The notes beneath the pieces were generated by a model. That model did no database searches. It was not told the origin of the DNA and saw only the letters and a program-made list of their open reading frames with translations. DNA of 64,000 nt from contig JAJZWS010000005.1 of NCBI GenBank assembly GCA_021846565.1, positions 10,321 through 74,320 on the forward strand, written 5' to 3'. Source of the DNA: Bacillota bacterium (lineage in GTDB: Bacteria > Bacillota > Sulfobacillia > Sulfobacillales > JAIMBI01). Shown piece by piece: positions 48,203 to 59,001 of this stretch. Within the stretch, counting starts at the first letter, position 1, and each line of letters starts with the position of its first letter. A program made the translations under genes and the position numbers.

Positions 48203-48784
48203 ATGCCCGACGGAGTGGGACAAGTCCCAGCCGACTCGCTGGACGATGTCGCCCAGGAGGTGCGTCGCTGTGTGGCGTGCACCCTCTCTCAAGGCCGAAC
48301 GCAGGCGGTCCCGGGCGAGGGCCCGGTCCATGCGCGCCTCATGGTCGTGGGCGAAGGGCCGGGCCAGCAGGAGGATGAGGCCGGCCGGCCGTTCGTGGGC
48401 CGGGCCGGCCAGCTGCTGACCGACATGCTGCGGGCCATTCACCTCGAGCGTCCCGAGGTGTTCATCGCCAACGTGGTGAAGTGCCGCCCCCCAGACAACC
48501 GCACCCCGACCCCGGCCGAGGCCGAGGCGTGTGCGCCGTTTCTGGCCCGTCAAATCGCGCTTGTGAATCCCGAGGTGATTCTGGTGCTGGGACGCACCGC
48601 AGCCGAAGCCCTGATGGGCCCGGGCGTGCGCATCACCGCCGTGCGCGGCGTGTGGACCACCCTCGGCACCCGAGCCCTCATGCCGACGTACCATCCGGCG
48701 TATCTCTTGCGCGACCCCAGAAAAAAGAAAGAAGCCTGGGAAGACTTGCAGCGCGTGGCGGAGCGGTTGGGCATTCCGGTTTAG
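48203..48784 (+). CDS. uracil-DNA glycosylase family 4 (Fe-S)
   Basis: CVACTL, GEGPG, PFVGRAG, NVVKCRPPDNR, TYHPAYLL. Confidence 0.93.
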   Translation: MPDGVGQVPADSLDDVAQEVRRCVACTLSQGRTQAVPGEGPVHARLMVVGEGPGQQEDEAGRPFVGRAGQLLTDMLRAIHLERPEVFIANVVKCRPPDNRTPTPAEAEACAPFLARQIALVNPEVILVLGRTAAEALMGPGVRITAVRGVWTTLGTRALMPTYHPAYLLRDPRKKKEAWEDLQRVAERLGIPV

Positions 48785-49110
48785 CCACGGTCCCGCTTGG
48801 CCCGTCCGGCAGAGGCCCCATCGCGGTTTGTCCGCGCGGGTCTTTCGGCCACGGGTCGTATCCAAGGCGCCAAGGCGGCGGCCCCTTGGACCATTGCGAT
48901 TCGCAACGAATTGCGAGGAACTCACGGCGTGCGGCGGAGCGACTGGACGCCCCGCTTGGAGCGGGCTCAAACACGCCCACGAGTTCTCTACGCTACAAAC
49001 CGCCGGGACCGTAGCTCTATCCCCCGGGGCGTCCCAGAAAGGCTCGGCCGTCAGCGCGCCCTTGTCTTGTAGTACCGAATGTTCTACGTTCCACCCTGCG
49101 GAGGACGGCG

Positions 49111-49760
49111 GTGGAACAGCAAGTCCCAGGATGGGAGCTCAACCAGCACACGAGTGCTGTGTTGGACCGGGTAGAGAAGGGCGTGGCGGTTGCGATTACC
49201 CGCGACGGGCGACCGGTCGCACGCCGGTGCCCCTCTCTGAGCGGCTGGAGCCGGGTTTGCCTGCCCTGATCGCGATCGGTAGGGCTGTTGCGCCCACGGC
49301 TTTCGGGCCGTTGCCAGTGTCTCGGCCCGCGGGGACGCCGGAGGTCGATGTTGCGCTCTGCTCGTAAGGGACCGCGAGCGGGAACGCTGGTGATTTACCT
49401 CGATTCGTCGGCCATTGTGAAGCGTCAGTCGGACAGCCTTCGAGCATGGGGCGAGGAACACCATACAGCCACGCTGACGCCGTGTTTGGTGGAGATCGAA
49501 GTTGTGCGTGCGCTCAGGCGATACGGGGCCCTGGCCGGCGCCGCTGGGCCTGCGGTGATGGCCCACCTGCTTCGCTTGGACATCGACGCCACGACATGGT
49601 CGGCTTGAGGACGTTGGATGCCATCCATCTGGCGACGGCTGAAGTGTGCTGCATGCGGACAGGTATGGCTTGGAGTCGTTTGTGGTCGAGCGGCGGCCGC
49701 GGCGGGTGGTTTGACGACGGTATGCCCTGGCCTTGGGGACTCGAGATCCGACTGACAATT
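49111..49760 (+). pseudogene. degraded Phd/YefM antitoxin + PIN toxin (vapBC)
   Basis: ELNQHTSAVLDRVEKGVAVAITRDGRPVAR (Phd) then frameshift; VIYLDSSAIVK...EVVRAL and out-of-frame LRTLDAIHLATA (PIN); end approximate. Confidence 0.75.
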
Positions 49761-50042
49761 CATTCCCCCAAGGCCCGGACAGGGGCTGACGGCGCGGGGC
49801 CTCCCGATGCACCGGAGACAAGTTTCGGACAGCAACGACCGGCCCAGTTGGCTGCAAGCCCGTGGTGATTTGGGTGGCGCCACCGAGAATGCTTTCGCAC
49901 ACGAATCAGGGCCGCGCGGCGAAGTCGGCCCCCAGGAGCCGCCACCGAATCCTCCGTCAACGGGGACTTGGTCGACAGGGGCTGTGGGTGTTCAGTGCGG
50001 ACTCATCCCCTTGGGCGCGACCCCTCCCGCGTGCGGGGTCTG

Positions 50043-51410
50043 CTACCGCTTCATCACTTCGGCGACGCGGGACAACATTTCGGCGGTGGCCACGATCCCG
50101 CGGTAAAACAGATCCAGACGCATGTTCTCGTTGGGCGAGTGATTGGCCTCATCCTCGTTGGCATACGGAATGATGAACGATGGGATCCTCAGGATATGGG
50201 TGAAAACGTAATCGGGCAGGCTTCCTCCCAGCGCCGGTTGGATGTATGGCGTGACCCCATGGGCGGCCGTCAGCCCATCGGCCAGGGCTTGTAATGCGGG
50301 GTGGTCGGGCGGTGTGCGCGACGGGCGCATGTGGCCATGGGACACGTACTCCACGTCGGGGGCCACGTCGGCCAGGTAGTCGCGGAGACGCTGGTCGATA
50401 ACCACGGGATCCTGGTCGGCCACCAGGCGAACGTCGCATTTCACCGACGCGGTGGCGGGGATGATGGTTTTGTGTCCAGCGCCCTGGTAGCCAGCGGCCA
50501 TCCCATTGATCGAGAAACTGGGCGCGAGCATCAGGCGGCGATAGTAGTCTTCTTTGGGCCATGGCTCCACGGTCTCCAGCGGGAGTCCCAGGGTGCGCGC
50601 CACGATGGCGGGGTCAAAGGGCAGGGAGGCGATGAGCCGATCCTCCAGCTCGCCGACAGGTCTGACTGCATCGTAGAACCCGGGAATCTTGATGTGTCCA
50701 TGTTCACCGCGGAGGGCCGACAGGGCGTGCACCAACGTCCAGGCGGGGTTGGGGACCAGGTTGCCCTTGTTTCCAGAGTGATTGTCAAAGAGGGCGCCCT
50801 GGGCGCGTAGCTCAAAGCTCAGGATGCCCCTAACGCCGAGGTTGATGACCGGATGGTCGCCAATCCCCATCGGGCCATCGGAGGTGATGGCCAGATCCGC
50901 GCGCAGGCGGTCCCGACAATTGGCGAACGTCTCCGCCAGATGGGGACTGCCGGACTCCTCTTCTCCTTCCAGCACCACCTTGACATGCAGCGGAAGGATG
51001 CCGTCCACGGCACGGAGCGCCCCGATGCCCAGGATGTGGGCCAGGTGCTGCCCTTTGTTGTCGCCTGTACCCCGCCCGTAAAGTCGGCCGTCGCGAATGG
51101 TCGGCTCGAAAGGCGGGCTCTGCCAGGCATCCAGCGGATCCGCGGGCTGGACGTCGTAATGTCCATAAATCAGTACGGTGGGCACAGTGCCTTCAGGTCC
51201 GCCGGCTTCCGCCAGCAATACGGGGTAGCCCCGAGTGGGAAGCTTCGTGACGGAGAATCCGGTGTCATGGAGCATCCGGGTCACGAGGACTGCCGTTTCT
51301 TCGACCCGGGCGTGTTGGGCACTGATGCCCGCCTGCCGCACCTCGTCCATCCAGAGAGCCAAGAATGCATCCCGGTGCTGGTCGACATAGGGCCAAAAAC
51401 GCGACGACAA
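50043..51410 (-). CDS. M20/M25/M40 family metallopeptidase (dipeptidase/DapE-like)
   Basis: YGHYDVQP, GRGTGDNKGQ, EGEEESGS, NHSPNEN; TTG start with GGAGG SD. Confidence 0.9.
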   Translation of the reverse strand: MSSRFWPYVDQHRDAFLALWMDEVRQAGISAQHARVEETAVLVTRMLHDTGFSVTKLPTRGYPVLLAEAGGPEGTVPTVLIYGHYDVQPADPLDAWQSPPFEPTIRDGRLYGRGTGDNKGQHLAHILGIGALRAVDGILPLHVKVVLEGEEESGSPHLAETFANCRDRLRADLAITSDGPMGIGDHPVINLGVRGILSFELRAQGALFDNHSGNKGNLVPNPAWTLVHALSALRGEHGHIKIPGFYDAVRPVGELEDRLIASLPFDPAIVARTLGLPLETVEPWPKEDYYRRLMLAPSFSINGMAAGYQGAGHKTIIPATASVKCDVRLVADQDPVVIDQRLRDYLADVAPDVEYVSHGHMRPSRTPPDHPALQALADGLTAAHGVTPYIQPALGGSLPDYVFTHILRIPSFIIPYANEDEANHSPNENMRLDLFYRGIVATAEMLSRVAEVMKR

Positions 51411-52295
51411 GTCAAAACCTCCGTTGGTTGAATGAAGAGCAGTCAGCAACATCCGGACCGTGAACACCCGCAGGCATGAGTCACATCCCGCTTCGTTGCG
51501 AACAACGAGGTCCAGCGGCTCCATGCGTCCACAGCGAGCGTAACCGACGCGCATGGCGGAAGGCAAGCGGCAAGGGGCCCGGGTTTCGTGGCGACGCTTC
51601 CGACGAGAAAGAACCGCGCCGGGTGGCGGTGAGCAGCGCACCGCGCGGACCAACGCCGGCCTGGCTTAGCGGGCAGCCGCTGACACTCGCCTTCGGGCGC
51701 CGGTTCTGATGCGTGGCGTCGCCACCGTGAGCGCCCCGGCTCACGGCCTGGCTCAGCATTGGGGTACCCCGCCACCTTTGGCGGGGCGCGGCAGTCTTTC
51801 CCCCCTACTCGCGCCGGCTGCCGTCCTCACGGGAAGACGCGTGGCCAGCTGGCATCCGACCAGCGCCACAGGGCACTGACCCCTGACGGCGACGTCCCCC
51901 AAATCCCTGCCACGTGCGCGCTGGACATCACGACGGACCCCCGTGTGCACGCTCCATGGTCCTGAGGGGAGGCGCCTCGGATTGCGCGTAGGCAGGGTTT
52001 CGGGGCCGCTGGGTGCTTCGCGATGGGGGATGCTGGCCGCCATCCACGGGGCCCCCGCATCTTCGGTGAGGTACAACCGGGGGTCTGCGTCCCGGCTGGG
52101 TCCGCTGCTCGCCGTGTTGACCGTCATCCACCCGGCATCCGCCACGACCCAGACAATGCCGCACCGCCCTGGTGGACGGAGGAGATCGTGCCAGCGCGCG
52201 CGGGGCGCGGTTCTGGTGGAGGGTCCGAGCACCGAGAGCCATGCGCGGCCCGCCCCGCGTTGCGGGTGGGGCCAGGCAGGGCGGTGACGGCCTCG

Positions 52296-54404
52296 TCAGG
52301 TGATGCGGATCAGCAGCATAGCGACCAAGAGCGCCACGAAGGCGTAGCCCACGTACGCGTTGACACTGCCGCGATGCATCCGCGCGAACAGGTGGGCCAG
52401 CGCTCGCGCCCCACGGATGGAGGGATCCACGATGAGGCGGTCCACCACATAGCGCGAGCGATCTTCGCGCTGGACGCTGACCCGAAAGTGCTCGGCCACC
52501 ACCTCCTCGCGATCCACCGTCTGTCCGGGGCTCAGCACGGCGCGAAACACCACCCAAATGGGGCGGGCCACGCCGGTGGCCGTGTAGGTGAGGCCCGCAT
52601 CCACCGTGCGGGCACCACCGAGCCAGGGCCGTCCCCGGCGCACCCGCCCGTGACCCAAAAGCCTGGCCAGGGCAAACGCCAAGGCGAGCGCGATGCCGAT
52701 GGCAAGGGCCAGATAGGTGGGCGACATCGCAAACACGACGCCCGCGTGCAGGCGGGTGCTGGGATGCATGAACACCACACCGGGCGCCGGCAGCACGTGC
52801 TGCCCGAGGGCCGCCCCCAGGGGATAGAACGCGGACGCGAGCGCGGGCGGGAGTGTGGCCGGCTGAAAGAACGTGGGGATGAAGGCCGCAAGGTCATGGC
52901 TCTGGGCCAGACTGGCCGCTACCCGAGCCAATCCGGTCGCCACGTACGTGGGGGCAATGCCTAAGCCCAGTGCCAGCGCCGCCAACAATCCCATGGCGAT
53001 CCGCTGAGTGGCCGTCACGTCCCGGGCCTGCGCGGCGTGGTCGGATCGGTGCCGTCCCAGAAACGTCATGCCGTAGAATCGAATGAAAGCCGTGGCGGCC
53101 AGGCCCGCCGTCAAAGCCACGGTGACGCCGGCCAGCGCGAACGCTGTCTCCAGGGCCGGGTTGGCCATGGCGACGCTGCGCAGGAGGCTCTGCAGCAGCA
53201 GCCATTCACTGGCAAACCCGTTAAACGGGGGAATGGCCGCGATGGCCATCGTGCCCGCCAACAGAAACACCCCGGTCCACTTGAGCCGTCGCGCCAGTCC
53301 TCCGAGATGGTCCATGTTAAGTTCGTCGGTCGCCTGGTCGATGGCGCCGGCACCCAAAAAGAGCAGGGTTTTGTACACCGAGTGATTCAGCAGCTGATAC
53401 AGGGCCGCGATCCACGCCAGGAGGCCCAGGACCGGCAGGCCCACCCCATCGAACGTCATGGCGGCCCCAATCCCGATGGTGACCAGGCCCATGTTCTCGA
53501 TCGAGCTATGAGCCAACAGGCGCTTGATGTGCGTGTCGGTGGCCGCATACAGAATCCCCAAAAACGCGGTCACAACGCCAATGCCCAGCACGATCACGCC
53601 GGCGGCCGGGCTTGGCGGCGGCAATAGCAGCACGTTGGTCAGAATGATGCCGTACAAACCCAGATTGAGGATAGCCCCCGACAAGACGGCCGACGCATGG
53701 GCCGGAGCGGCGGGATGGGCGCGGGGCAGCCAGCTCATCGCGGGAAACAGGCCCGCCTTGACGCCAAAGCCCAGGAACGAGAGGCCGAAGACGGCCCAGC
53801 GCACGCCGACCGTCAGCCGGTCGGGCCCCGCGGCCGCAATCGCGGAAAACCCGATGTTGTGGGCGGCCAGCACCAAAGGCAGCCATGCGGCCAGCACCAT
53901 GAGGAAGCCCAGTTCACTGGCGCCCAGCATGGCGTAGGCGGCCCGGGGATTTTCGGGCGTCTCGTGGTCAAACACCACCGTGATGTACGACAGCACCGAC
54001 ATCAGCTCCCAGGCAATGAGAAAGGTGACGACATCGCCGGCCAACAGAATCAGCGCAATGGAACCAAGCAGGAGAGCCAGCGTGATGCCGAGCGGCCGCT
54101 GGTCGTATCGGTCCTGGTATCGGGCCAGGTAGCCCGGGGAAAAGAGATAGACGGCCAGGAACACGACCGCCGTCACCATCAGCAGGAATCCGCCCAGGTC
54201 CGTGAAGGTAAGCCGCAGCATGCCCCAACCGGCGAGCGGCCACAGCAGCCACTCTTGTCCGGGATGCGTGAGAACGGTCCCGGCCAGCGCGAGCAGCGCC
54301 AGCGCCTGGGCCACCCCCGCCGGTGCGGTCCACCGACCGCGCCGGGAGAGCCCGGCCGCCGCCGCCACCAGGGTGAGCCCGAAAAACAACGGCAGCGCGA
54401 TCAT
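52296..54404 (-). CDS. Ehr complex 2 antiporter-like subunit, HyfB-like
   Basis: FLIAWELMS, GFGVKAGLFPAMSWLPRAHPAAP, KRLLAHSSIENMG, PPFNGFASEW. Confidence 0.9.
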   Translation of the reverse strand: MIALPLFFGLTLVAAAAGLSRRGRWTAPAGVAQALALLALAGTVLTHPGQEWLLWPLAGWGMLRLTFTDLGGFLLMVTAVVFLAVYLFSPGYLARYQDRYDQRPLGITLALLLGSIALILLAGDVVTFLIAWELMSVLSYITVVFDHETPENPRAAYAMLGASELGFLMVLAAWLPLVLAAHNIGFSAIAAAGPDRLTVGVRWAVFGLSFLGFGVKAGLFPAMSWLPRAHPAAPAHASAVLSGAILNLGLYGIILTNVLLLPPPSPAAGVIVLGIGVVTAFLGILYAATDTHIKRLLAHSSIENMGLVTIGIGAAMTFDGVGLPVLGLLAWIAALYQLLNHSVYKTLLFLGAGAIDQATDELNMDHLGGLARRLKWTGVFLLAGTMAIAAIPPFNGFASEWLLLQSLLRSVAMANPALETAFALAGVTVALTAGLAATAFIRFYGMTFLGRHRSDHAAQARDVTATQRIAMGLLAALALGLGIAPTYVATGLARVAASLAQSHDLAAFIPTFFQPATLPPALASAFYPLGAALGQHVLPAPGVVFMHPSTRLHAGVVFAMSPTYLALAIGIALALAFALARLLGHGRVRRGRPWLGGARTVDAGLTYTATGVARPIWVVFRAVLSPGQTVDREEVVAEHFRVSVQREDRSRYVVDRLIVDPSIRGARALAHLFARMHRGSVNAYVGYAFVALLVAMLLIRIT

Positions 54405-55114
54405 GACTCAGCCACCTCCCGGGTTTCCCGGCTCAAGCCCGTGACCAGCTCCAGCGCATGCAGGATCGCCAGCGGCGGCGGGGGACACCCCGGGACGGTC
54501 ACGTCCACCGGCACCACGCGACTGGCGCCGCCCATCACCGCAAAGCTGTCGGCAAACAAGCCGCCGTTCAGCGCGCACACGCCGACGGCCACCACCCGCT
54601 TGGGGTCGGGCATCGCCGCGTACGTCTCCTCCAGCGCTACGCGCATGCCGACGGTTACGGGCCCCACAACCAAGAGGACGTCGGCATCACGAGGAGTTGG
54701 GGAGACGTAGATGCCATAACGGTGCAGGCTGTAGACGGGGCCCAGCAGCTGCCGCAGTTCGCTCAGGCAGCCGCCGCAGTCGCCGGCGTCCACGATGCGC
54801 ACATGGATGGACCGCTGAAAGCGGTGAGGCAGTGGCGGCGCAGCGGCCTGAGCCCACCGGTAGTCGTTCTGCCAGTGAACCGGGGCTTTGGGAGGTTGAC
54901 AGCGCATGCAGTGGATGCAGTGGTCAAAGTCCACGGCGACGCCCGCATCGCGTCCTGCCAGTGCGCCGACCGGACAGATGTTGGCGTCGAAGCGGTCTCG
55001 CGCCGTCACGGCCGTCGTGGTGGGTCGACCCGGCGTGACCCCCGAGGGCAGTCGGACAGCCCCCGGTCGGAGTGTGCGGACACCAGTCTTGAGTCCTTCC
55101 CAGAACCAGGGCAT
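54401..55114 (-). CDS. Ehr complex 2 small Fe-S subunit with N-terminal ferredoxin-like domain
   Basis: ICPVGA...CIHCMRC, then DAGDCGGC, PRDADVLLVVG, VGVCA, PGCPP. Confidence 0.9.
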   Translation of the reverse strand: MPWFWEGLKTGVRTLRPGAVRLPSGVTPGRPTTTAVTARDRFDANICPVGALAGRDAGVAVDFDHCIHCMRCQPPKAPVHWQNDYRWAQAAAPPLPHRFQRSIHVRIVDAGDCGGCLSELRQLLGPVYSLHRYGIYVSPTPRDADVLLVVGPVTVGMRVALEETYAAMPDPKRVVAVGVCALNGGLFADSFAVMGGASRVVPVDVTVPGCPPPPLAILHALELVTGLSRETREVAES

Positions 55115-55166
55115 CGCGTCTCCTCCCTCCGTTTGCTCTTTCCTCGGCGGCGCGTCCGCGCGGAGG

Positions 55167-56714
55167 CTACCGATCCGCGTCGGCCACCGACAAACCCAAG
55201 GTGCTGACGATAATGGGAAAGTCCTGAAAGGCGAAGTCGCGCACGGCGTCAGCCAGGCCGTGCCAGTTCAGAAAGGCCGGTGTCATGATGTGGCATCGGT
55301 CAACGGTTCCGGCGCTCCCGATCCGCACCCAGTACGCGAGCGCGCCCGATGGCGCCTCCACGGCGGCCAATCCCACTCCCGGGACCACCGGGACGGGAGT
55401 CTGGACCGGGCCGGCGGGCAGGGAGGCGGCGCACCGCTGGATCAGGTCCACCGACGCCGCCACTTCCCGGCGAAACACACGGAACCGCGCGTACCCGTCG
55501 CCCTCCGACTCGATGACCGGCGTGACGGGATGCTGGTCGTACGCGGCATACGGGTGCCAGCAGCGCACGTCGGCCGGGGCCCCAGACGCTCGGCCCACCG
55601 GTCCCACCAAACCCAGGGTGGCGGCCCGTGGGGGAGGCAGGATGCCCACCGCTTCCAGACGGTCCAAAAAGCTGTTGTCAAACGTTAGCCGATGGCAGAC
55701 CGCCTGGACCGCCGCCACCGCCTCGACGCCGGCCTCGGCCAGGGCGTGGAGCGCGTCGTCTCCGGGATCCCGGGAGAGGCCACCCAGGGCCACCAGACCA
55801 AACAGGTAGCGATGCCCCAGGTACCGCGCCGACTGCTGCAGCAGGCGCTCCTCCACGGCGGCCAGGAGATTGGCGGGGACGGAGAGGCCGGTGGATTCCA
55901 CGATGCCGGCGAGCGTGCCCACGTGGCTTCGCAGGCGCTCCCATTCGGCCAGCACGGTTCGGAGGGCACGCGCCCGGGGTGGGACGACGGCCGCGGCCAC
56001 GGCCTCGACGGCTTGTGCGAAGGCGAGGCCATGGGCAAAGGCCTGCATGCCGTTTACGCGCTCGGCAACCAGCACCGCCCGGTTGGGCGTTTGCCGTTCC
56101 ATGAGCTTCTCGAGTCCCCGGTACTTGTAAAACAGACGCACGTGCGCGTGCATGATTTCCTCGCCCACGGTCTCCAACAGGAACCGCACGGACTCCTGGG
56201 CCCCCGAAAACACGGGGCCGACCGGCATCACGAAGCGACCGGGCGCCTGCACGATGCGGGGCGGTTCGTACGGGTCCCGACCGCCGCCGTGGGCGGGAGG
56301 CTCCGGCCGCATGCGCATCGGTGCCAGACGTTCCGCCCAATCTTCATCGTGCAGGATGAAGTCGCCCAGTTGAGGGTGTCCCGCAAAATTGACGCCAAAC
56401 AGGTCCTCAGCCTCCCGCTCGGCCCAGTCGGCGGCAAATACGGTGGGCGTAATGCTGGGCACGACCGCCCCGTCCATCGCGACGTCCACCAAAAGCCACC
56501 GCGCTTCAGGACCCATCCACACATACTGGAGGTGCGGCGGGGGCGACCCCGTCGGGTGTTCCACCACCAGCCCGATGAAGAGGGGATGGTTCTCTGCCAT
56601 GAGCCGCCGCACCGTGTCCGGCAACGTGGCTTGGGAGGTGCTGACCATTTGCAGGGGCTCGCGGCCGGCGGGCGCGTCCGGCGCGCCCACTCTCGGCGCA
56701 TCCGTGCGGTTCAT
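55167..56714 (-). CDS. Ehr complex 2 large subunit (NuoC+NuoD-like, no Ni-binding cysteines)
   Basis: ADWAEREAEDLFG (NuoC-like), FYKYRGLEKL, ERVNGMQAFAHGLAF, VEAPSG, QDFPIIVSTLGLSVADADR. Confidence 0.9.
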   Translation of the reverse strand: MNRTDAPRVGAPDAPAGREPLQMVSTSQATLPDTVRRLMAENHPLFIGLVVEHPTGSPPPHLQYVWMGPEARWLLVDVAMDGAVVPSITPTVFAADWAEREAEDLFGVNFAGHPQLGDFILHDEDWAERLAPMRMRPEPPAHGGGRDPYEPPRIVQAPGRFVMPVGPVFSGAQESVRFLLETVGEEIMHAHVRLFYKYRGLEKLMERQTPNRAVLVAERVNGMQAFAHGLAFAQAVEAVAAAVVPPRARALRTVLAEWERLRSHVGTLAGIVESTGLSVPANLLAAVEERLLQQSARYLGHRYLFGLVALGGLSRDPGDDALHALAEAGVEAVAAVQAVCHRLTFDNSFLDRLEAVGILPPPRAATLGLVGPVGRASGAPADVRCWHPYAAYDQHPVTPVIESEGDGYARFRVFRREVAASVDLIQRCAASLPAGPVQTPVPVVPGVGLAAVEAPSGALAYWVRIGSAGTVDRCHIMTPAFLNWHGLADAVRDFAFQDFPIIVSTLGLSVADADR

Positions 56715-56794
56715 CCTCGTTCTCCTCTCTCGGGCGAGCGTCTAATCACCGGGTCGCCCTGCTTTGGATGAGCATCGGCACCCCCGGCCCCCCA

Positions 56795-58240
56795 TCAGCG
56801 CAAGGTGGCGGCGGCCATGCCCAACAAGTGATAAAGTGGCAGGGGAAGGTAGATCCCCAGCACGACCACGGGAACAATCCCCACGAGCATCGCGGCCGCT
56901 ACCGACCGGGGGAGCCGTACTGGCCCGTGCGTGGGGTGGCCAAATATCATGCCCCCCGTTCGGCGCAGAATCCCCAGAAAGGCAATGGCCAGGAACACCA
57001 GCAGCAGCGCGAGCACCAAGTAATCCTGCGCGGTGGCGGCCGCACGGAAAATCGTCAGCTCGCTGAGAAACACCGCAAACGGGGGCGCCCCCGCAATGGC
57101 CAAGGCCCCCACGAACAGGGCCGCCGCCGCCACCGGAGCGCTTCGCAAGAGACCGCGGACGTCCCCGATGGTGCGGGTGCCGGTCGCCAACAGCACACTG
57201 CCGCTGCCATAAAAGGCGAGCGACTTGGTGAGGCCGTGGGTCGTCAGTTGGTAGACGCAGGCCAGCGCCCCCAATGGCCCCAAGCCCAGACACAACAGCA
57301 GCATGCCCATGTGTTCCACCGTTGAAAAGGCAAAGAGGCGCTTGTAGTCATGCACCTGGAGCAGCAGGAAGGCCGCCGTGCCCACCGACACCAGCCCCAC
57401 GACCAGAGCCCACGACTGCGGCGACAATCCCGGCACGGCCGTGAACACTGGCCAAAGCCGCAGGATAACGTACAGCACCGTGCTCACCTCGACGCCCGAC
57501 AGCAAGGCGCAGACCGGGGTGGGTGCTTGGGAGTGGGCGTCCGGCAGCCAGGTGTGCATCGGCACTAGGCCCACTTTGGCACCAAAGCCAATCAGGATAA
57601 GCACAAACGCCAGCGCCACGACCCCCGCCGGCATGTGCGGTGCCGTCCGAATCAGCGCGCTCCACGTCTGAACCGTCACGTGGTTGCGCGTCAAGCCCCA
57701 CAGCAGTAGGAAAATGCCGAACGCGGCCACCGTGGCCCCCATAATCGTGATGACCGCGTACTTCCATGCGGCCTCCAACGCTTCGCGGGTGTTGGCGAAG
57801 CTCACGAGAAAGATGGACAGGACGGTCGTGAGCTCGATGGCCACCCAGGTAAGTACGGGCTGCAGCAGCAGCGGCACCACAAACAGCGACGCTTGAAAGA
57901 GATTGAGGTTAAGAAAGTACCGCCGCTGACGCGCCGGGTCCCCCGGGGCGAGGTGAGGAATGTACCCCCAGGAGTAGGCGGCCGCGGTGAGGCCCACAAA
58001 GCCCTGCAACACCAGGATCAGGGCCGCAAGCGCGTTGACGCCGATCCATCCGGGCAGCAGCACCCCGCCGACGTGGCGCGTCACGTCGCTCGCGACCGCC
58101 AGCGACGCGGCAAACGCCAGCAGGGCGGTTGCCAACGTGCTGAGCTTCGCCACCCGGACGTTCTTCACCACCAGGCAGAGCGCGGCGGACACCAGCGGGG
58201 CGGCCGGAATCACCCCCAGCAGCATGGCCGAAAGCCTCAT
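56795..58240 (-). CDS. Ehr complex 2 antiporter-like subunit, HyfF-like
   Basis: WVAIELTT, EAAWKY, GFGAKVGLVPMHTWLPDAHSQAP, YKRLFAFSTVEHMG. Confidence 0.9.
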   Translation of the reverse strand: MRLSAMLLGVIPAAPLVSAALCLVVKNVRVAKLSTLATALLAFAASLAVASDVTRHVGGVLLPGWIGVNALAALILVLQGFVGLTAAAYSWGYIPHLAPGDPARQRRYFLNLNLFQASLFVVPLLLQPVLTWVAIELTTVLSIFLVSFANTREALEAAWKYAVITIMGATVAAFGIFLLLWGLTRNHVTVQTWSALIRTAPHMPAGVVALAFVLILIGFGAKVGLVPMHTWLPDAHSQAPTPVCALLSGVEVSTVLYVILRLWPVFTAVPGLSPQSWALVVGLVSVGTAAFLLLQVHDYKRLFAFSTVEHMGMLLLCLGLGPLGALACVYQLTTHGLTKSLAFYGSGSVLLATGTRTIGDVRGLLRSAPVAAAALFVGALAIAGAPPFAVFLSELTIFRAAATAQDYLVLALLLVFLAIAFLGILRRTGGMIFGHPTHGPVRLPRSVAAAMLVGIVPVVVLGIYLPLPLYHLLGMAAATLR

Positions 58241-58902
58241 CGCGGCACCCCCTCGCCCAGCTGCTGCAGGCTGCTCACTTCCGTGCTGCCGAGGTGCTGC
58301 GCGATGGTGCGCGTCAGGATGGCGACCACCAGCACCACCATCACCCCTTCGAGCCCCGCGGCGGCTTCGACGATGGCCGACGAGGTGGTGATGGCCACGC
58401 CGGCAAAGAAGACGCCGTTATCTATGGCCATGAGGCTCAGCACCTGTGCCACCGCCTCGCGGCGAATGGCGAGCGTGTACACGCCAATCAGGAGCGCCGC
58501 TAATCCAAGCGGCAGGTTCACTGCCGCCCGCGCCGCAGGGGGCCCCAGCAGTGGGGCCACCAGAAAAAACGCCAACACCGTCAAGCCCAGCATGAGCAGC
58601 AGGGACACCGGCACGTTGACGGCCGACTCGATTTCCCGTCGGGCACGCAGCTCCTGGCCCAGGGTGCGCGTGAGGACGCCCGGAATGACAATGACTTTGG
58701 CCGCGACGGTGATGAGGGCCACCACCGCCAGCTCGGTCGAGTGGTGCAGCAGCGCGAGCAGCACAGTCGACAGCACCAGAAGCAGCGACTGTCCCACGAA
58801 CGCGCGCAGCACGGACTGAATCTGCCGAGACACCATGAGCAAGAACGTCATCAGAATAAACAGGGCGCCTACGACGGTATTTAGACTTGCCAGTGCCGCC
58901 AC
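58237..58902 (-). CDS. Ehr complex 2 membrane subunit, HyfE-like
   Basis: KVIVIPGVL, QVLSLMAIDNGVF, C-terminal STEVSSLQQLGE; GTG start with GGGAGG SD. Confidence 0.85.
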   Translation of the reverse strand: MAALASLNTVVGALFILMTFLLMVSRQIQSVLRAFVGQSLLLVLSTVLLALLHHSTELAVVALITVAAKVIVIPGVLTRTLGQELRARREIESAVNVPVSLLLMLGLTVLAFFLVAPLLGPPAARAAVNLPLGLAALLIGVYTLAIRREAVAQVLSLMAIDNGVFFAGVAITTSSAIVEAAAGLEGVMVVLVVAILTRTIAQHLGSTEVSSLQQLGEGVPR

Positions 58903-59001
58903 GTTGTTGCCTCCCACGTCGTTAAAACCTTCGCCAGCGCCACATATCGTCCGAAGACCACGGGACGGCAAAACCGGGGAGCGGACCTCAAAGCAGAGAG
59001 C

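Noticed and set aside
51420-52290. Long gap after Ehr operon 2 with hairpins (e.g. CCCCGCCA-cctt-TGGCGGGG) and short ORFs
   Set aside because: No recognisable protein or RNA motif; hairpins are expected by chance at this GC content
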